Positions 17,839-26,817 of a stretch of DNA of 64,000 nt are shown piece by piece. The stretch lies in IMG/VR virus record IMGVR_UViG_3300021387_001267, positions 1 to 64,000 of that record. The stretch is one strand, 5' to 3'. This DNA is from a virus (lineage: Duplodnaviria > Heunggongvirae > Uroviricota > Caudoviricetes). The notes under the pieces are model-generated. The model made no database searches. It saw only the letters and a list, made by a program, of their open reading frames with translations, and was not told the origin of the DNA. Position 1 is the first letter of the stretch; each line of letters opens with the position of its first letter. A program made the position numbers and the translations under genes.

Positions 17839-18089
17839 TCCGATATACCTTTCAGCGCCTTCAGAAACTGTTCCTCACCAATTCGTTCCTTGATCTTCCA
17901 GCAGTCAGAGCAAATATAAATATTCTTCCATTTCCGAAGAGGAGCTCTGTTTCCGGCGCCGCATGAGATACAAAATACCTTAGCGCCTTTTCGCTTACAA
18001 CGTTTTTCATACAGAATTCGCGCAATTTCTTTGTCCAATAACGATTTTTCTTCCGGTGAAAGCTCAGATCTTATGCCAACGTTCTCCAT
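17835..18089 (-). CDS. zinc-finger protein
   Basis: ORF track 17835..18149; start moved to MENVGIRS; CISCGAG...CSDC. Confidence 0.4.
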   Translation of the reverse strand: MENVGIRSELSPEEKSLLDKEIARILYEKRCKRKGAKVFCISCGAGNRAPLRKWKNIYICSDCWKIKERIGEEQFLKALKGISE

Positions 18090-18453
18090 AGAGCACCGTC
18101 CCTTCCTCATAAGGCAGTTCTTCGATAGATCTGACTCTCGTTTCTTCACCGTAGTGCTTCTTTAGCATATCGACCGCTCGATCTCTGTCATATGCGAATA
18201 TGTACCCGGCCGAAGCATGATACTCGTGATCCTTAAGAACAGCAAACATGGCGAAATATAATTTGAGTCTCTGCGAACCTTCTAATACTCTTACATGTTC
18301 GATCGCGTAACCGTCTCGAAATAGTTCTTCTACTTCATCCGGATAACGCATATACGCGCCGCTAACAATGTCGTCATCAGAAACAATGCGATGAACAAGC
18401 TGTTTTGTTACCTGATCTTCTTCCCGCTTCACGAGTTCAAATTCTACAATCAT
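18064..18453 (-). CDS. hypothetical protein
   Basis: ORF track 129 aa; GGAGGAGAAAAC SD. Confidence 0.5.
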   Translation of the reverse strand: MIVEFELVKREEDQVTKQLVHRIVSDDDIVSGAYMRYPDEVEELFRDGYAIEHVRVLEGSQRLKLYFAMFAVLKDHEYHASAGYIFAYDRDRAVDMLKKHYGEETRVRSIEELPYEEGTVLYGERWHKI

Positions 18454-18848
18454 GTTTTCTCCTCCGCCATGTCATCTTCCAGTAAGTCTCTAAATCGTTC
18501 ACGAACCGTTTTGCTTCGCCGCATGGAATCGGCCAATTGATGAGCCGCTTCTTTGATAATGATCTCTTTGTTTTCATTCAGAAATTCTTTGAAAATATCG
18601 GCAGCCCAATCCTGAAATCTACTTTCCCCGAAATGAGTTGTTCGCTTGAATATTTCACTTTCAACTTGTTTCTTAATTTCCGCAATAGTTTCTTTACCGG
18701 CAGTTTCAGAAATGTTTCGAATCAGACTGTTCGGAATGGCCATTTCAATAGAAATCTTATTACCTTCAGTAGGTTCTTCTGGCTCAGTTTTCTCGTTGCT
18801 TTCAGAACGATAATTGGTTATAGGAGTATTGAATGATGTCCAATGCAT
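18450..18848 (-). CDS. hypothetical protein
   Basis: ORF track 18450..18875; start MHWTSF with AGAGGGTGA SD. Confidence 0.5.
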   Translation of the reverse strand: MHWTSFNTPITNYRSESNEKTEPEEPTEGNKISIEMAIPNSLIRNISETAGKETIAEIKKQVESEIFKRTTHFGESRFQDWAADIFKEFLNENKEIIIKEAAHQLADSMRRSKTVRERFRDLLEDDMAEEKT

Positions 18849-18861
18849 ACTTATCACCCTC

Positions 18862-19086
18862 TTACATCTTCTCATTAATCGTCACTGTAGCAGAAGTCGG
18901 CATCTTCGAGAATTCATCATCCAGGAACTGCTCCAGCTCCATTTTGCACTGATCGCAGAACTTCAAACCTCTGCGATAAATTGTCCCGTTTTCATCCTTG
19001 CAGGGTTTCGAGATCTCATACTTCCCTGCGCCATAGGAATCCTTCTTCACCTGAGTACCACACCGATCACAAAGCCAAATAGTCAT
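18862..19086 (-). CDS. zinc-ribbon protein
   Basis: ORF track 18862..19107; start MTIWLCDRCG with GGAGGAT SD; CDRCG...CDQC. Confidence 0.5.
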   Translation of the reverse strand: MTIWLCDRCGTQVKKDSYGAGKYEISKPCKDENGTIYRRGLKFCDQCKMELEQFLDDEFSKMPTSATVTINEKM

Positions 19087-19231
19087 TTTATTAAATCCTC
19101 CATTCATTTAATTCATTACGGATCACTTTTTAGTACGGCCCTCTTCATTTCATTCAGAGAGACCGCCTTCGATATGCCTTTTCAGATAAAAAATTTTAGA
19201 GGGCATGTAAGTTACAAGTCCTCTTGTCGGA

Positions 19232-19543
19232 TTATTCCTTTTTCCGTCTATGTCCCTCTAAATATTCGCGAGCATAGTGTTCGAGTTCACTCTTTCCGCA
19301 TGCCATAATGTGATAAGTATCTACGGCATTATCCTCGGAAATATAATTAATGCTCCCGTCTTCGTTCTTGAACGGTATATTCATCATCCATTCAACAAAG
19401 CCTTCTTCATCGTTATAATCTCCTCCGCAATTAAGCCAAGATGCCCAATATCTTGACATGCGAATTCCCATAATGAACTCATTGTCCCAACCTAACGCTT
19501 CGCCAGTTAAAATATCATTTGTAGGAACGTTTATAATTTTCAT
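19232..19543 (-). CDS. hypothetical protein
   Basis: ORF track 103 aa; AAAGGAGAATG SD downstream of conserved box. Confidence 0.5.
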   Translation of the reverse strand: MKIINVPTNDILTGEALGWDNEFIMGIRMSRYWASWLNCGGDYNDEEGFVEWMMNIPFKNEDGSINYISEDNAVDTYHIMACGKSELEHYAREYLEGHRRKKE

Positions 19544-19574
19544 TACATTCTCCTTTCTGGAATATCTCCATTAA

Positions 19575-19629
19575 GGAAGCTGTTGAAATTGCGAAAAATT
19601 TTAGAGGACCTGTAAGTTACAGATCCTCT
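19575..19629 (-). promoter_or_regulatory. conserved intergenic module copy (terminator AGAGGACCTGTAAGTTACAGATCCTCT, box TTTTTCGCAATTTCAACAG, CTTCCTTAATGGAG)
   Basis: Same architecture as 17221..17271. Confidence 0.6.
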
Positions 19630-19835
19630 TTATTTGGAGTTGTAAATACTCCAGCCATTCCAGCTTCAAATAGTATTCTCATGCCTTCATTGTTTCGTCT
19701 TTCCTGCTCTTTAAGATCGTCCTTATACATTTTTTCCCATTTTTTAGCTTCTTTAAGTTCGTCCTTTAAACGTCTGTTTTCCAAAACAATATCTGCCATT
19801 GTAAGAATAAATTCTTCAGCCTCGTATGTGTTCAT
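19617..19835 (-). CDS. hypothetical coiled-coil protein
   Basis: ORF track 72 aa; AGGAGGTGAAT SD in hairpin CCTCCTtagtAGGAGG. Confidence 0.5.
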   Translation of the reverse strand: MNTYEAEEFILTMADIVLENRRLKDELKEAKKWEKMYKDDLKEQERRNNEGMRILFEAGMAGVFTTPNKEDL

Positions 19836-19876
19836 TTTTATTCACCTCCTACTAAGGAGGCTGTAATTATTGCGAA

Positions 19877-20191
19877 TTATTCCATCCAGCTGAGATCTTC
19901 GGTCTTCTTTTCTTCTTCAGCAGCCTTCGGAATATCAACCGACTTTTCTTTCTTTGGCTTCTCGTGCTTCTCTGGCTGTTTGGCTCCAGAAACAGACTTA
20001 ACTTCTGGCTTTTTCTCAATTTTTGGAGCTTCTACCTTCTGTTTCGGCGGATCAATTTTATCGACGTCCACGCCGTTGAGTCTGCCAATCAGATGCTTTA
20101 GGCTCATGCCGAGACTTCTCGCAATCTGACTGTCCGATCTTCCCTGCCGTCTTTCTTCATATACGTATGCGTTAAATTCTTTATCTGTCAT
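19877..20191 (-). CDS. HTH protein (paralog of 32128..32292) with Lys/Pro-rich tail
   Basis: ORF track 104 aa; RRQGRSDSQIARSLGMSLKHL resembles a sigma-70 region-4 / small-terminase-type HTH. Confidence 0.45.
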   Translation of the reverse strand: MTDKEFNAYVYEERRQGRSDSQIARSLGMSLKHLIGRLNGVDVDKIDPPKQKVEAPKIEKKPEVKSVSGAKQPEKHEKPKKEKSVDIPKAAEEEKKTEDLSWME

Positions 20192-20218
20192 GATTTTATC
20201 CTCCTACGAATATATTTT

Positions 20219-20776
20219 TCAAGTAGTAAGGGTCGTATAAGCTACCTGTGCTTGTTCATTTACGTCTCGAGTATCTGTGCAGAAGAATACACCATTGTGC
20301 ACTGCAAAAATATCACGAGCAATATACTCAGCGAGTGTTGACTTCATACCATTCAGATCGCCTAGATTATCATTGTAGTACTGAACAACCTTCTTCTGGA
20401 AGACAACGAACACGGCGTCAAAGCCCATCATGTTTTTGATTGTCCTGGTAGAAGAAAACAGTTCGTTTCCATTGAGTGCGTGACAATATTCGATGTTGTA
20501 ATTTTCTTCATTGTTTGCAGTCTTAAAGAACAGCTTGACATCTTTCATTACCTCATTTGCCGGAACAACTGTAATCAGTAGTTTAACCCCGCCAAAATCA
20601 ACCTCGCTGTTTAGCAGATATGTAAGAGCTTCTGCCTTATGCTGGGTGCGGACCAAAACCTTAATATGTTTTTCCTCTGTGTCGTAGAGAACCATCACAT
20701 CCGGATCTTCCGCGAAGAAAGCTACCATCTCATTGTAATATTCGTCCCAAGGGGCCACCAGATTAACTTTTGCCAT
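20219..20776 (-). CDS. hypothetical protein
   Basis: ORF track 185 aa; AAAGGAGAAAAC SD. Confidence 0.5.
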   Translation of the reverse strand: MAKVNLVAPWDEYYNEMVAFFAEDPDVMVLYDTEEKHIKVLVRTQHKAEALTYLLNSEVDFGGVKLLITVVPANEVMKDVKLFFKTANNEENYNIEYCHALNGNELFSSTRTIKNMMGFDAVFVVFQKKVVQYYNDNLGDLNGMKSTLAEYIARDIFAVHNGVFFCTDTRDVNEQAQVAYTTLTT

Positions 20777-20811
20777 TGTTGTTTTCTCCTTTAAAAATAT
20801 ATTTTTTTTAT

Positions 20812-21810
20812 TTAATTTTCGGCTGCGCTGACGCTTCCGAGATCAAGAATATAATCATTCCCATCTCCAAGAACCGTTGTCGGAAGTTTGCCATCCCACT
20901 GTTTAATCCAGTAATAGTCAATAACATTTCCATTAAGAGATTCGCCGATTCGTTTATTCATTTCGGCTTCCTTTTCACCGGCGTAGAGTGCGGCCTCTGC
21001 CTGAACCTTTACAACTTCGAGATCCGCATTTGCCGCAATAACTGCCTTTTCAGCCTCTGCATTTGCCGCAATAATCGCTCGCTTCGCCGTCTGCTCTTCT
21101 TCCATCGTCTTCTGGGCCTGCTCAGTTTCAGCCTTCAGCTTATTCTGAGCTGCCACCTGCTTGGCCTCAACAGCGTTTGTAAATGTATCAGTAAAGTCAA
21201 TATCACGAATGGCAATGGATACAACATTAATTCCATAACGACTCATATCGGCTGCAACACTTTCGGTTACCTTTTGTGAGAGAATATCACGGTTTCCGAT
21301 TAAGCTTTCAGCAGTATACTTCGCAAAAATTGTCTTAATATTATCCTGAATGGGTCCGAACATAACAGTCTCATAGTAGTTTGTTCCGACGGTCTTATAA
21401 ATATCACGGGCCGCTGTCTGATCGATGCTGTAGTTAATTGTGACGGCGTAAGAGGCCTCCTGAAGATCGCTTGAGAACGCAGCCGATTCGAACTCCTGCT
21501 TCTGAATACGATTATCCATTTTCACAACTTCCTGCCAGGGGGCAATAACATTAATACCTGAACTGACAGTACGATCTTCAACTCTTCCAAATGTAGTCAG
21601 AATTCCGGTATACCCCGTAGGCACGACAGCAATACATGCAATAATGAATAAAATAACAGATACAGCGATTGCCACGAGAAGCGGCCAAGCGACAAATTTT
21701 GCGCGCTTCGGCTCACCGTTTTTATATTCGTCATATGTGGAATGCGCGATAGCAACGCCAAGTACAACGCCTGTAATAATAAGAATAATAGAAAATACAA
21801 TTGCGAACAT
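20812..21810 (-). CDS. SPFH/band-7 (stomatin/prohibitin-like) membrane protein
   Basis: ORF track 332 aa; two N-terminal TM helices then a GYTGILTTFGRV...VIAPWQEVVKMDNRIQ SPFH-type core and an Ala/Glu-rich coiled coil. Confidence 0.7.
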   Translation of the reverse strand: MFAIVFSIILIITGVVLGVAIAHSTYDEYKNGEPKRAKFVAWPLLVAIAVSVILFIIACIAVVPTGYTGILTTFGRVEDRTVSSGINVIAPWQEVVKMDNRIQKQEFESAAFSSDLQEASYAVTINYSIDQTAARDIYKTVGTNYYETVMFGPIQDNIKTIFAKYTAESLIGNRDILSQKVTESVAADMSRYGINVVSIAIRDIDFTDTFTNAVEAKQVAAQNKLKAETEQAQKTMEEEQTAKRAIIAANAEAEKAVIAANADLEVVKVQAEAALYAGEKEAEMNKRIGESLNGNVIDYYWIKQWDGKLPTTVLGDGNDYILDLGSVSAAEN

Positions 21811-21838
21811 AAATTAATCTCCTTTTAAAATATAATTT

Positions 21839-22144
21839 TTATTCTTTTACTAAATAGCCAGCACGAATGGTACATGTTTTTCTATTATCGTCTATATCCA
21901 TCCAAAGTAAATAGGCTCCGATAAATAAATCTTTGTAATATAATTCGGCACGTTGAACTATACCGAATGAGGTGCTAGTAGAAGGAAACTCCCATAGTCG
22001 AAAATCATCCGGATGCTCCACAAGATCTTCAATCGAAAGTCCATTTTGTTCGAGGATTTTAACGATGATACCATCTATTATTTTGCCAGACGTTTTCTTA
22101 ATATTGTCTAATATTTGTTTGGTATAATCGATAAGTTCGTTCAT
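21839..22144 (-). CDS. hypothetical protein
   Basis: ORF track 101 aa. Confidence 0.45.
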   Translation of the reverse strand: MNELIDYTKQILDNIKKTSGKIIDGIIVKILEQNGLSIEDLVEHPDDFRLWEFPSTSTSFGIVQRAELYYKDLFIGAYLLWMDIDDNRKTCTIRAGYLVKE

Positions 22145-22156
22145 TTACTTTTCTTC

Positions 22157-22774
22157 TCATATCAGCTCTGCACTATCGTCATCTTCATTCGGATGTGTAT
22201 TTACGGCTTCCAAATAGTCCTCGTCAGTCCATTCGCCATTTTTCATATTCCAAACTGGACAATTTCCAGTAAGGCATTGATCATACGGACAATCAAGGCA
22301 TACCGTATCACAAGCTTCATGAAGCGTCAGGGTGTACTCATCTTCGGTTGAAACATTCGCAAGATCGGTAAGCTTGGAACTGACTTCTTTCAGATTATCC
22401 GAACAATGCTTAAATAGTTCATAGCTTTGAGAATATCTCTCTTCGCAGCCTTTCCAGCATTCGAGAAGCTTTGTGTTCATATCGACAATCGAATCATACT
22501 GCCCTCGCATAAGTTTGTAAGCATCGCAAATATTATCATAGCCGGTATCAATCGAATCACATATTGCATTTTCGTTAGCAAAAAATTTTTTCATAGCGTT
22601 ACTATAATTAGTAATCTGTTCGCTGCAAAGATCGAAAGCACGCTTGGACAACTCTTCCATATCCATAAGCGACTTTGTGGCGGATAGCAGTTCATGAACA
22701 ATCCAGAACATAATAAGTGTTAAACAAAGGTTCAAGAAAAGCAGAGAGATGATAATTACGGTTGTAATAGGCAT
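22157..22774 (-). CDS. membrane protein with Cys-rich C-terminal domain
   Basis: ORF track 22157..22951; start moved to MPITTVIIISLL with AAAGGAGAAAG SD; the track's N-terminal extension is in a different frame from 22803..22964. Confidence 0.5.
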   Translation of the reverse strand: MPITTVIIISLLFLNLCLTLIMFWIVHELLSATKSLMDMEELSKRAFDLCSEQITNYSNAMKKFFANENAICDSIDTGYDNICDAYKLMRGQYDSIVDMNTKLLECWKGCEERYSQSYELFKHCSDNLKEVSSKLTDLANVSTEDEYTLTLHEACDTVCLDCPYDQCLTGNCPVWNMKNGEWTDEDYLEAVNTHPNEDDDSAELI

Positions 22775-22802
22775 AAATCTTTCTCCTTTACAAATTATAG
22801 TG

Positions 22803-22964
22803 TTATTTCCTTGTATCTTCGCCTCTGGCCTTTTTATCAAACCATTTTTCAATATCGACCACTCGAGTTCCCTTCGGCCAGCCAAAGAATTCCTCCTTGA
22901 TTCGTCCGGCAATGTCAGTCGGAACATCTTTAAGAAACTTTCGAACTTCATTGTAGTTTGTCAT
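22803..22964 (-). CDS. small hypothetical protein (53 aa)
   Basis: Not in track; ATG with GAGGAGGAGAAAAC SD; ATGA coupling to 22961..23494. Confidence 0.45.
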   Translation of the reverse strand: MTNYNEVRKFLKDVPTDIAGRIKEEFFGWPKGTRVVDIEKWFDKKARGEDTRK

Positions 22965-23494
22965 TTTGTTTTCTCCTCCTCAAGTCGGTTGACTTCTTCA
23001 CGTAGATACTCAATAACTGCTTGTGCCCGTTCTAAATAGTATCCGAGAGTTTCTAATTGCTTTTTAGACACTGGATATAATCCATCTTTTCCGCATGTAG
23101 ATGCCATCCTGAAGCAACCACCTTTCTCTGCATTAAGAGAATTACATAAATGGCTTTTAGACTCATCCGCATCTCGAATATATAATTTGTTTTTATAATA
23201 CTCTATCGAGTCTATAGAATCAGATCTCTCCATCGGCTCATAATTCTTTTCGAAAACATCTGGATTACAAGGATAAACTCTGCCATCTTCGAAGCCTTTA
23301 ATAATGTAATCTCCAATAGATACATGAGTTTTGCCGGCAGGTGTGTTTATAATCATACTGTAAGTTCCTTCGGAGACCTGGTAAATATCATGAACTGCTG
23401 TTCCCGCAAACGCCAGCATTTCGCTGACATTCTTACCAGTCCATTGAACAGCTTCTACTATAAATGGTTTATTACGATATTTCATGACATTCAT
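22961..23494 (-). CDS. hypothetical protein
   Basis: ORF track 177 aa; ATGA coupling upstream. Confidence 0.5.
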   Translation of the reverse strand: MNVMKYRNKPFIVEAVQWTGKNVSEMLAFAGTAVHDIYQVSEGTYSMIINTPAGKTHVSIGDYIIKGFEDGRVYPCNPDVFEKNYEPMERSDSIDSIEYYKNKLYIRDADESKSHLCNSLNAEKGGCFRMASTCGKDGLYPVSKKQLETLGYYLERAQAVIEYLREEVNRLEEEKTK

Positions 23495-23616
23495 TCTTCT
23501 TCAAGATCGATAGCACGTTTCCACCAGTCTTCAACATATCCGTCACCGTCAACGTCTGGACGGTTTCTGCTGTAACGACATCTCTCATTATTTTGTGTAT
23601 AAGTTCCGATTCCCAT
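23491..23616 (-). CDS. tiny hypothetical protein (41 aa)
   Basis: ORF track 23491..23736; start moved to MGIGTY with AAAGGAGAAT SD. Confidence 0.35.
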   Translation of the reverse strand: MGIGTYTQNNERCRYSRNRPDVDGDGYVEDWWKRAIDLEEE

Positions 23617-23653
23617 TATGACAATTCTCCTTTCCAGGCTCATTTGAGGATTC

Positions 23654-23899
23654 CTATTCATTAGCAAAATCTTCAAGGAGCTTTTTCTTATTTTGCCGTA
23701 AATATTTGATCGACAAATTAGTTCTTTCGAAATCACTCATGTCATAACGCACATTGCCATCTTTAGAACGATATACTTTTGAAATCATTCTTCTTGACAT
23801 ATTGTGCTTTTCCGTAAACCATAGACGTGGATCAATAACCGTATATGACCAAACCGCATTATCTAAATATGGGTTTCTAACTATTCTTAAATATTTCAT
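23654..23899 (-). CDS. hypothetical protein
   Basis: ORF track 81 aa. Confidence 0.45.
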   Translation of the reverse strand: MKYLRIVRNPYLDNAVWSYTVIDPRLWFTEKHNMSRRMISKVYRSKDGNVRYDMSDFERTNLSIKYLRQNKKKLLEDFANE

Positions 23900-24141
23900 T
23901 ATTCGTCCTCAAGTCCCATCAGTTTCACAACTCCATCGGGATATTTCTCATCAAACCAATGCCAAATATCCTCGCGATTAGTTCCTTTCGGCCACCAGAG
24001 AAATGACTCCTGAATGATCCCATCATCGTCCACCGGAATATCACCAAGCTCATTCCAGAATGTTTCAAGAGACTCCGGCGATACGAGTATGGCTCCGTCA
24101 GGTTTAATTACTTTCATTTCTGATTGTACAAATTCCGCCAT
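23899..24141 (-). CDS. hypothetical acidic protein
   Basis: ORF track 80 aa. Confidence 0.45.
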   Translation of the reverse strand: MAEFVQSEMKVIKPDGAILVSPESLETFWNELGDIPVDDDGIIQESFLWWPKGTNREDIWHWFDEKYPDGVVKLMGLEDE

Positions 24142-24446
24142 TAAGTTTCCTCCATTTCAAGAATCTTATAGTTATCAGGAGTTCCGGAAACACGCACTGA
24201 GCTTATGTCAACGAACCCGACTAGTTCTATATCTTTTTGACCTTCCCACCAGTCAGACTCAAAGACCCAGTGAGGATCGGTCCAGTCTGGATCACCAGTT
24301 TCGTAGATCAAGTATTCAACGCAAAGCTCTCCGTTTATTCGCAAGGTAACTAAAAAATTGCTATAGTAATGTTCCTGGCACCATTCTTCAATTTCATCTG
24401 CAATAATATCATATGGTGTTTTAGATATTGATCCGAAATTAGCCAT
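24141..24446 (-). CDS. hypothetical protein (ends ...KILEMEET)
   Basis: ORF track 101 aa; GGAGGAAACTTA-ATG junction repeated at 24446. Confidence 0.5.
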   Translation of the reverse strand: MANFGSISKTPYDIIADEIEEWCQEHYYSNFLVTLRINGELCVEYLIYETGDPDWTDPHWVFESDWWEGQKDIELVGFVDISSVRVSGTPDNYKILEMEET

Positions 24447-24823
24447 TAAGTTTCCTCCATCGTAATAAATTCATATTGTGGAGCCTCGCCATCGAGCAAA
24501 TATAACGCATATCGAAGGCCATTACGAAAACCGACCATATACTCATCTGTTCCATTTGATGATTCGATCGCGAACTCAATTTTTGAATATAAACTGATCG
24601 GGTCGACAATTGATTCGGCAGTCTTTTCATCAGTAATTTCCAATTTGATGCCAAGAGCTTTGAGTATTTTCAGCGCTGCTTTTGTAGATCCTTTGCGCTT
24701 TCCGGTCTCAAGACGGCACACGGTAGCTGCCGAAGTATCTGACAGTTCGGCAAGCTCTCTACATGAAAGTCCTTTACGAATTCGTTCTGTGTGAATAACG
24801 CTTCCGATTTCTTCTACTGTCAT
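24446..24823 (-). CDS. XRE-family HTH transcriptional regulator with C-terminal domain
   Basis: ORF track 125 aa; N-terminal 40 aa (KGLSCRELAELSDTSAATVCRLETGK) fit an HTH_3 motif; ends ...EFITMEET. Confidence 0.6.
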   Translation of the reverse strand: MTVEEIGSVIHTERIRKGLSCRELAELSDTSAATVCRLETGKRKGSTKAALKILKALGIKLEITDEKTAESIVDPISLYSKIEFAIESSNGTDEYMVGFRNGLRYALYLLDGEAPQYEFITMEET

Positions 24824-24872
24824 GTTTCCTCCGATCTCATCAATTTCGCTACTCTACCCGGATACTGCTCAT

Positions 24873-25202
24873 TTACTTTTCTAATTCTTTAAGATGGTCA
24901 CAGAACTTTTGAAATTCTGCCTTGCGCTCGGATAGCGTTTGAAAATTCCATGTCGCTGGATAATCTATTCCTCCATCTTCTCCTTCTAAAAAATACCAGT
25001 CAGGTTCTCCTCGAAAATAATTATCAGCAATTTCGATTCGACCTTCATATGTATGACCTATGGCAAAATACTCAGAAAGGAGCTTAAACTCATTTTCATT
25101 ATGAATATAAGCTCCTTCGACTTGAAACTCTGACCCATATACAATCAGATTTTTCTTGACAAGATTGTCTAATTTTAGAAAATAATCAAAATGTGTCATC
25201 AA
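24873..25202 (-). CDS. hypothetical protein
   Basis: ORF track 109 aa; GGAGAAGGAGGAC SD. Confidence 0.5.
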   Translation of the reverse strand: MMTHFDYFLKLDNLVKKNLIVYGSEFQVEGAYIHNENEFKLLSEYFAIGHTYEGRIEIADNYFRGEPDWYFLEGEDGGIDYPATWNFQTLSERKAEFQKFCDHLKELEK

Positions 25203-25274
25203 TTGTCCTCCTTCTCCTGTTTTTTTTAATCAGGCAATTTGTATTGTACAAATTCCGCCATTAAGTTTCCTTCT

Positions 25275-25802
25275 TTAAACCTTACTCCATACCAGCCCAG
25301 GCGAAGAATTTTGTTCTCGGATCATGCTTTTATGATCTTCACATTCACGAATCGCTTCTTTACTTCGTTGCTCAAGCTTCTCTTTTAATTCTTCAGTGAC
25401 ATTTTCTCTCTTTGTAGCTAAATATACGTCACAAAGCTTTTTGTCACCCCAATAATAATGTTTATAAGTTAGAACCTCGATTCCGAGATCGTCCAATAAG
25501 CTTAAATCCATTAAATCTTCTGTATACGGATGCCATTGAACACTGCGTACACCGCGTTCACAAAATTCAATAAGACTAATAATCTCAGAAGGAGTCAGTT
25601 CTTTACGCTTTATCAAGCACCGACGCCGTTCTTTATTTGGTTCTACAAATTCAATTTCTTCAAACTCAGTTTTTCGTCCTTTTACCATTCTTTTTCCAAT
25701 GATTTTAGTAATATTGCATTGCCCAATAATGGCCTCATGAGTAATGATGTAATTTCCACGATCGTCAACTTTAAACAGGTAGCCTTTCGTAGATTTTTTC
25801 AT
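25275..25802 (-). CDS. hypothetical protein
   Basis: ORF track 175 aa; AGGAGGAAAG SD. Confidence 0.5.
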   Translation of the reverse strand: MKKSTKGYLFKVDDRGNYIITHEAIIGQCNITKIIGKRMVKGRKTEFEEIEFVEPNKERRRCLIKRKELTPSEIISLIEFCERGVRSVQWHPYTEDLMDLSLLDDLGIEVLTYKHYYWGDKKLCDVYLATKRENVTEELKEKLEQRSKEAIRECEDHKSMIREQNSSPGLVWSKV

Positions 25803-26115
25803 TTACTTTCCTCCTGTTCAGCATATGAATGTCATGTTCATATTTAAAATGGTCCATTAGTTGTTCTTTACTCAAACCATATTGCTCAAATATCCAAAGA
25901 ATACTTTTTAATTGCTGCTTTGCGTGCTCTTTTTCGAGTTCATCGGAAGAAACCAGCGCTAATCGATCTTTATATTGTTTCCAGTTTTCGAGAAGAAATT
26001 TTACGTCGAGGATATGCATACAATTCAAAGGCCTAAGGCATGGCGAATTTCTGAGCCATAAAGCATAGTCCGGCATATTCGCAGGACATAGATCGCATTT
26101 GGTTATTTGATACAT
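25771..26115 (-). CDS. hypothetical Cys-containing protein
   Basis: ORF track 114 aa; overlaps downstream gene by 32 nt. Confidence 0.45.
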   Translation of the reverse strand: MYQITKCDLCPANMPDYALWLRNSPCLRPLNCMHILDVKFLLENWKQYKDRLALVSSDELEKEHAKQQLKSILWIFEQYGLSKEQLMDHFKYEHDIHMLNRRKVNEKIYERLPV

Positions 26116-26817
26116 TTACTCCTCCATCGTAATAAACTCCGAATAGGGCAAGCTACGGATCCAGTCACAATACTGATGCCACTCATCGAGCTTGTGGTTT
26201 TTCCTCTGCCGATATTGCGCCGCCAGAACTTCATAGTTCAGATCGATGGTCCTCTTCTGGTTATAGGAACTCGGAAGCAGCTGGATCATCTGGTACCAGT
26301 AGACTTTGTCTCTGGTTTTCAGAAAAGCTTCTCTTGCAGCGTTCATCATTTCAATCTGAATTTTCAGACTGTCATACGGTCTTAGTTTTCCATCTTCAAA
26401 ATCCTTCGAACTAATCCAAAGTTCGTGCGGCATATCTACTGCCGGAATCAAATGTTCACACGAAAAATCATCCAGCGTAAATTCCTTCGCCTGAATCTTA
26501 TGCATTGTGGAGCAGCTGTTCGAGACCGTTGCAATTTTGTAAGTTTCAAACTCTTTCCACCAATAAAGAGGCGCCGTCACATCCATTTGGACATGAACCA
26601 TGCGCCTCCATTTTGCTTCCTCGGTTCCTCCCTTGCAGAGATTCATGAGGAGTTTATGATCATTAGGGCCGATGTATGCCGATCCTCTGTGGCAAGACAT
26701 TCCTTCGTCATCGCACCAAAAATCAGTATCAGACTTTTCTCGACTGTTCATTGGATTTCTGCAGCCAAGTATAGCCATTCTCCATCCGAAAACTTCAGTA
26801 TTCTCGATTTTAATCAT
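26116..26817 (-). CDS. divergent ThyX-like (thymidylate synthase complementing protein fold) protein without canonical RHR motif
   Basis: ORF track 233 aa. Blocks VHVQMDVTAPLYWW and KIATVSNS resemble, from memory, the Thermotoga ThyX segments FHVKAPIFVARQW and RIASYNELS. The RHR-x7-S catalytic motif itself is absent. Confidence 0.35.
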   Translation of the reverse strand: MIKIENTEVFGWRMAILGCRNPMNSREKSDTDFWCDDEGMSCHRGSAYIGPNDHKLLMNLCKGGTEEAKWRRMVHVQMDVTAPLYWWKEFETYKIATVSNSCSTMHKIQAKEFTLDDFSCEHLIPAVDMPHELWISSKDFEDGKLRPYDSLKIQIEMMNAAREAFLKTRDKVYWYQMIQLLPSSYNQKRTIDLNYEVLAAQYRQRKNHKLDEWHQYCDWIRSLPYSEFITMEE

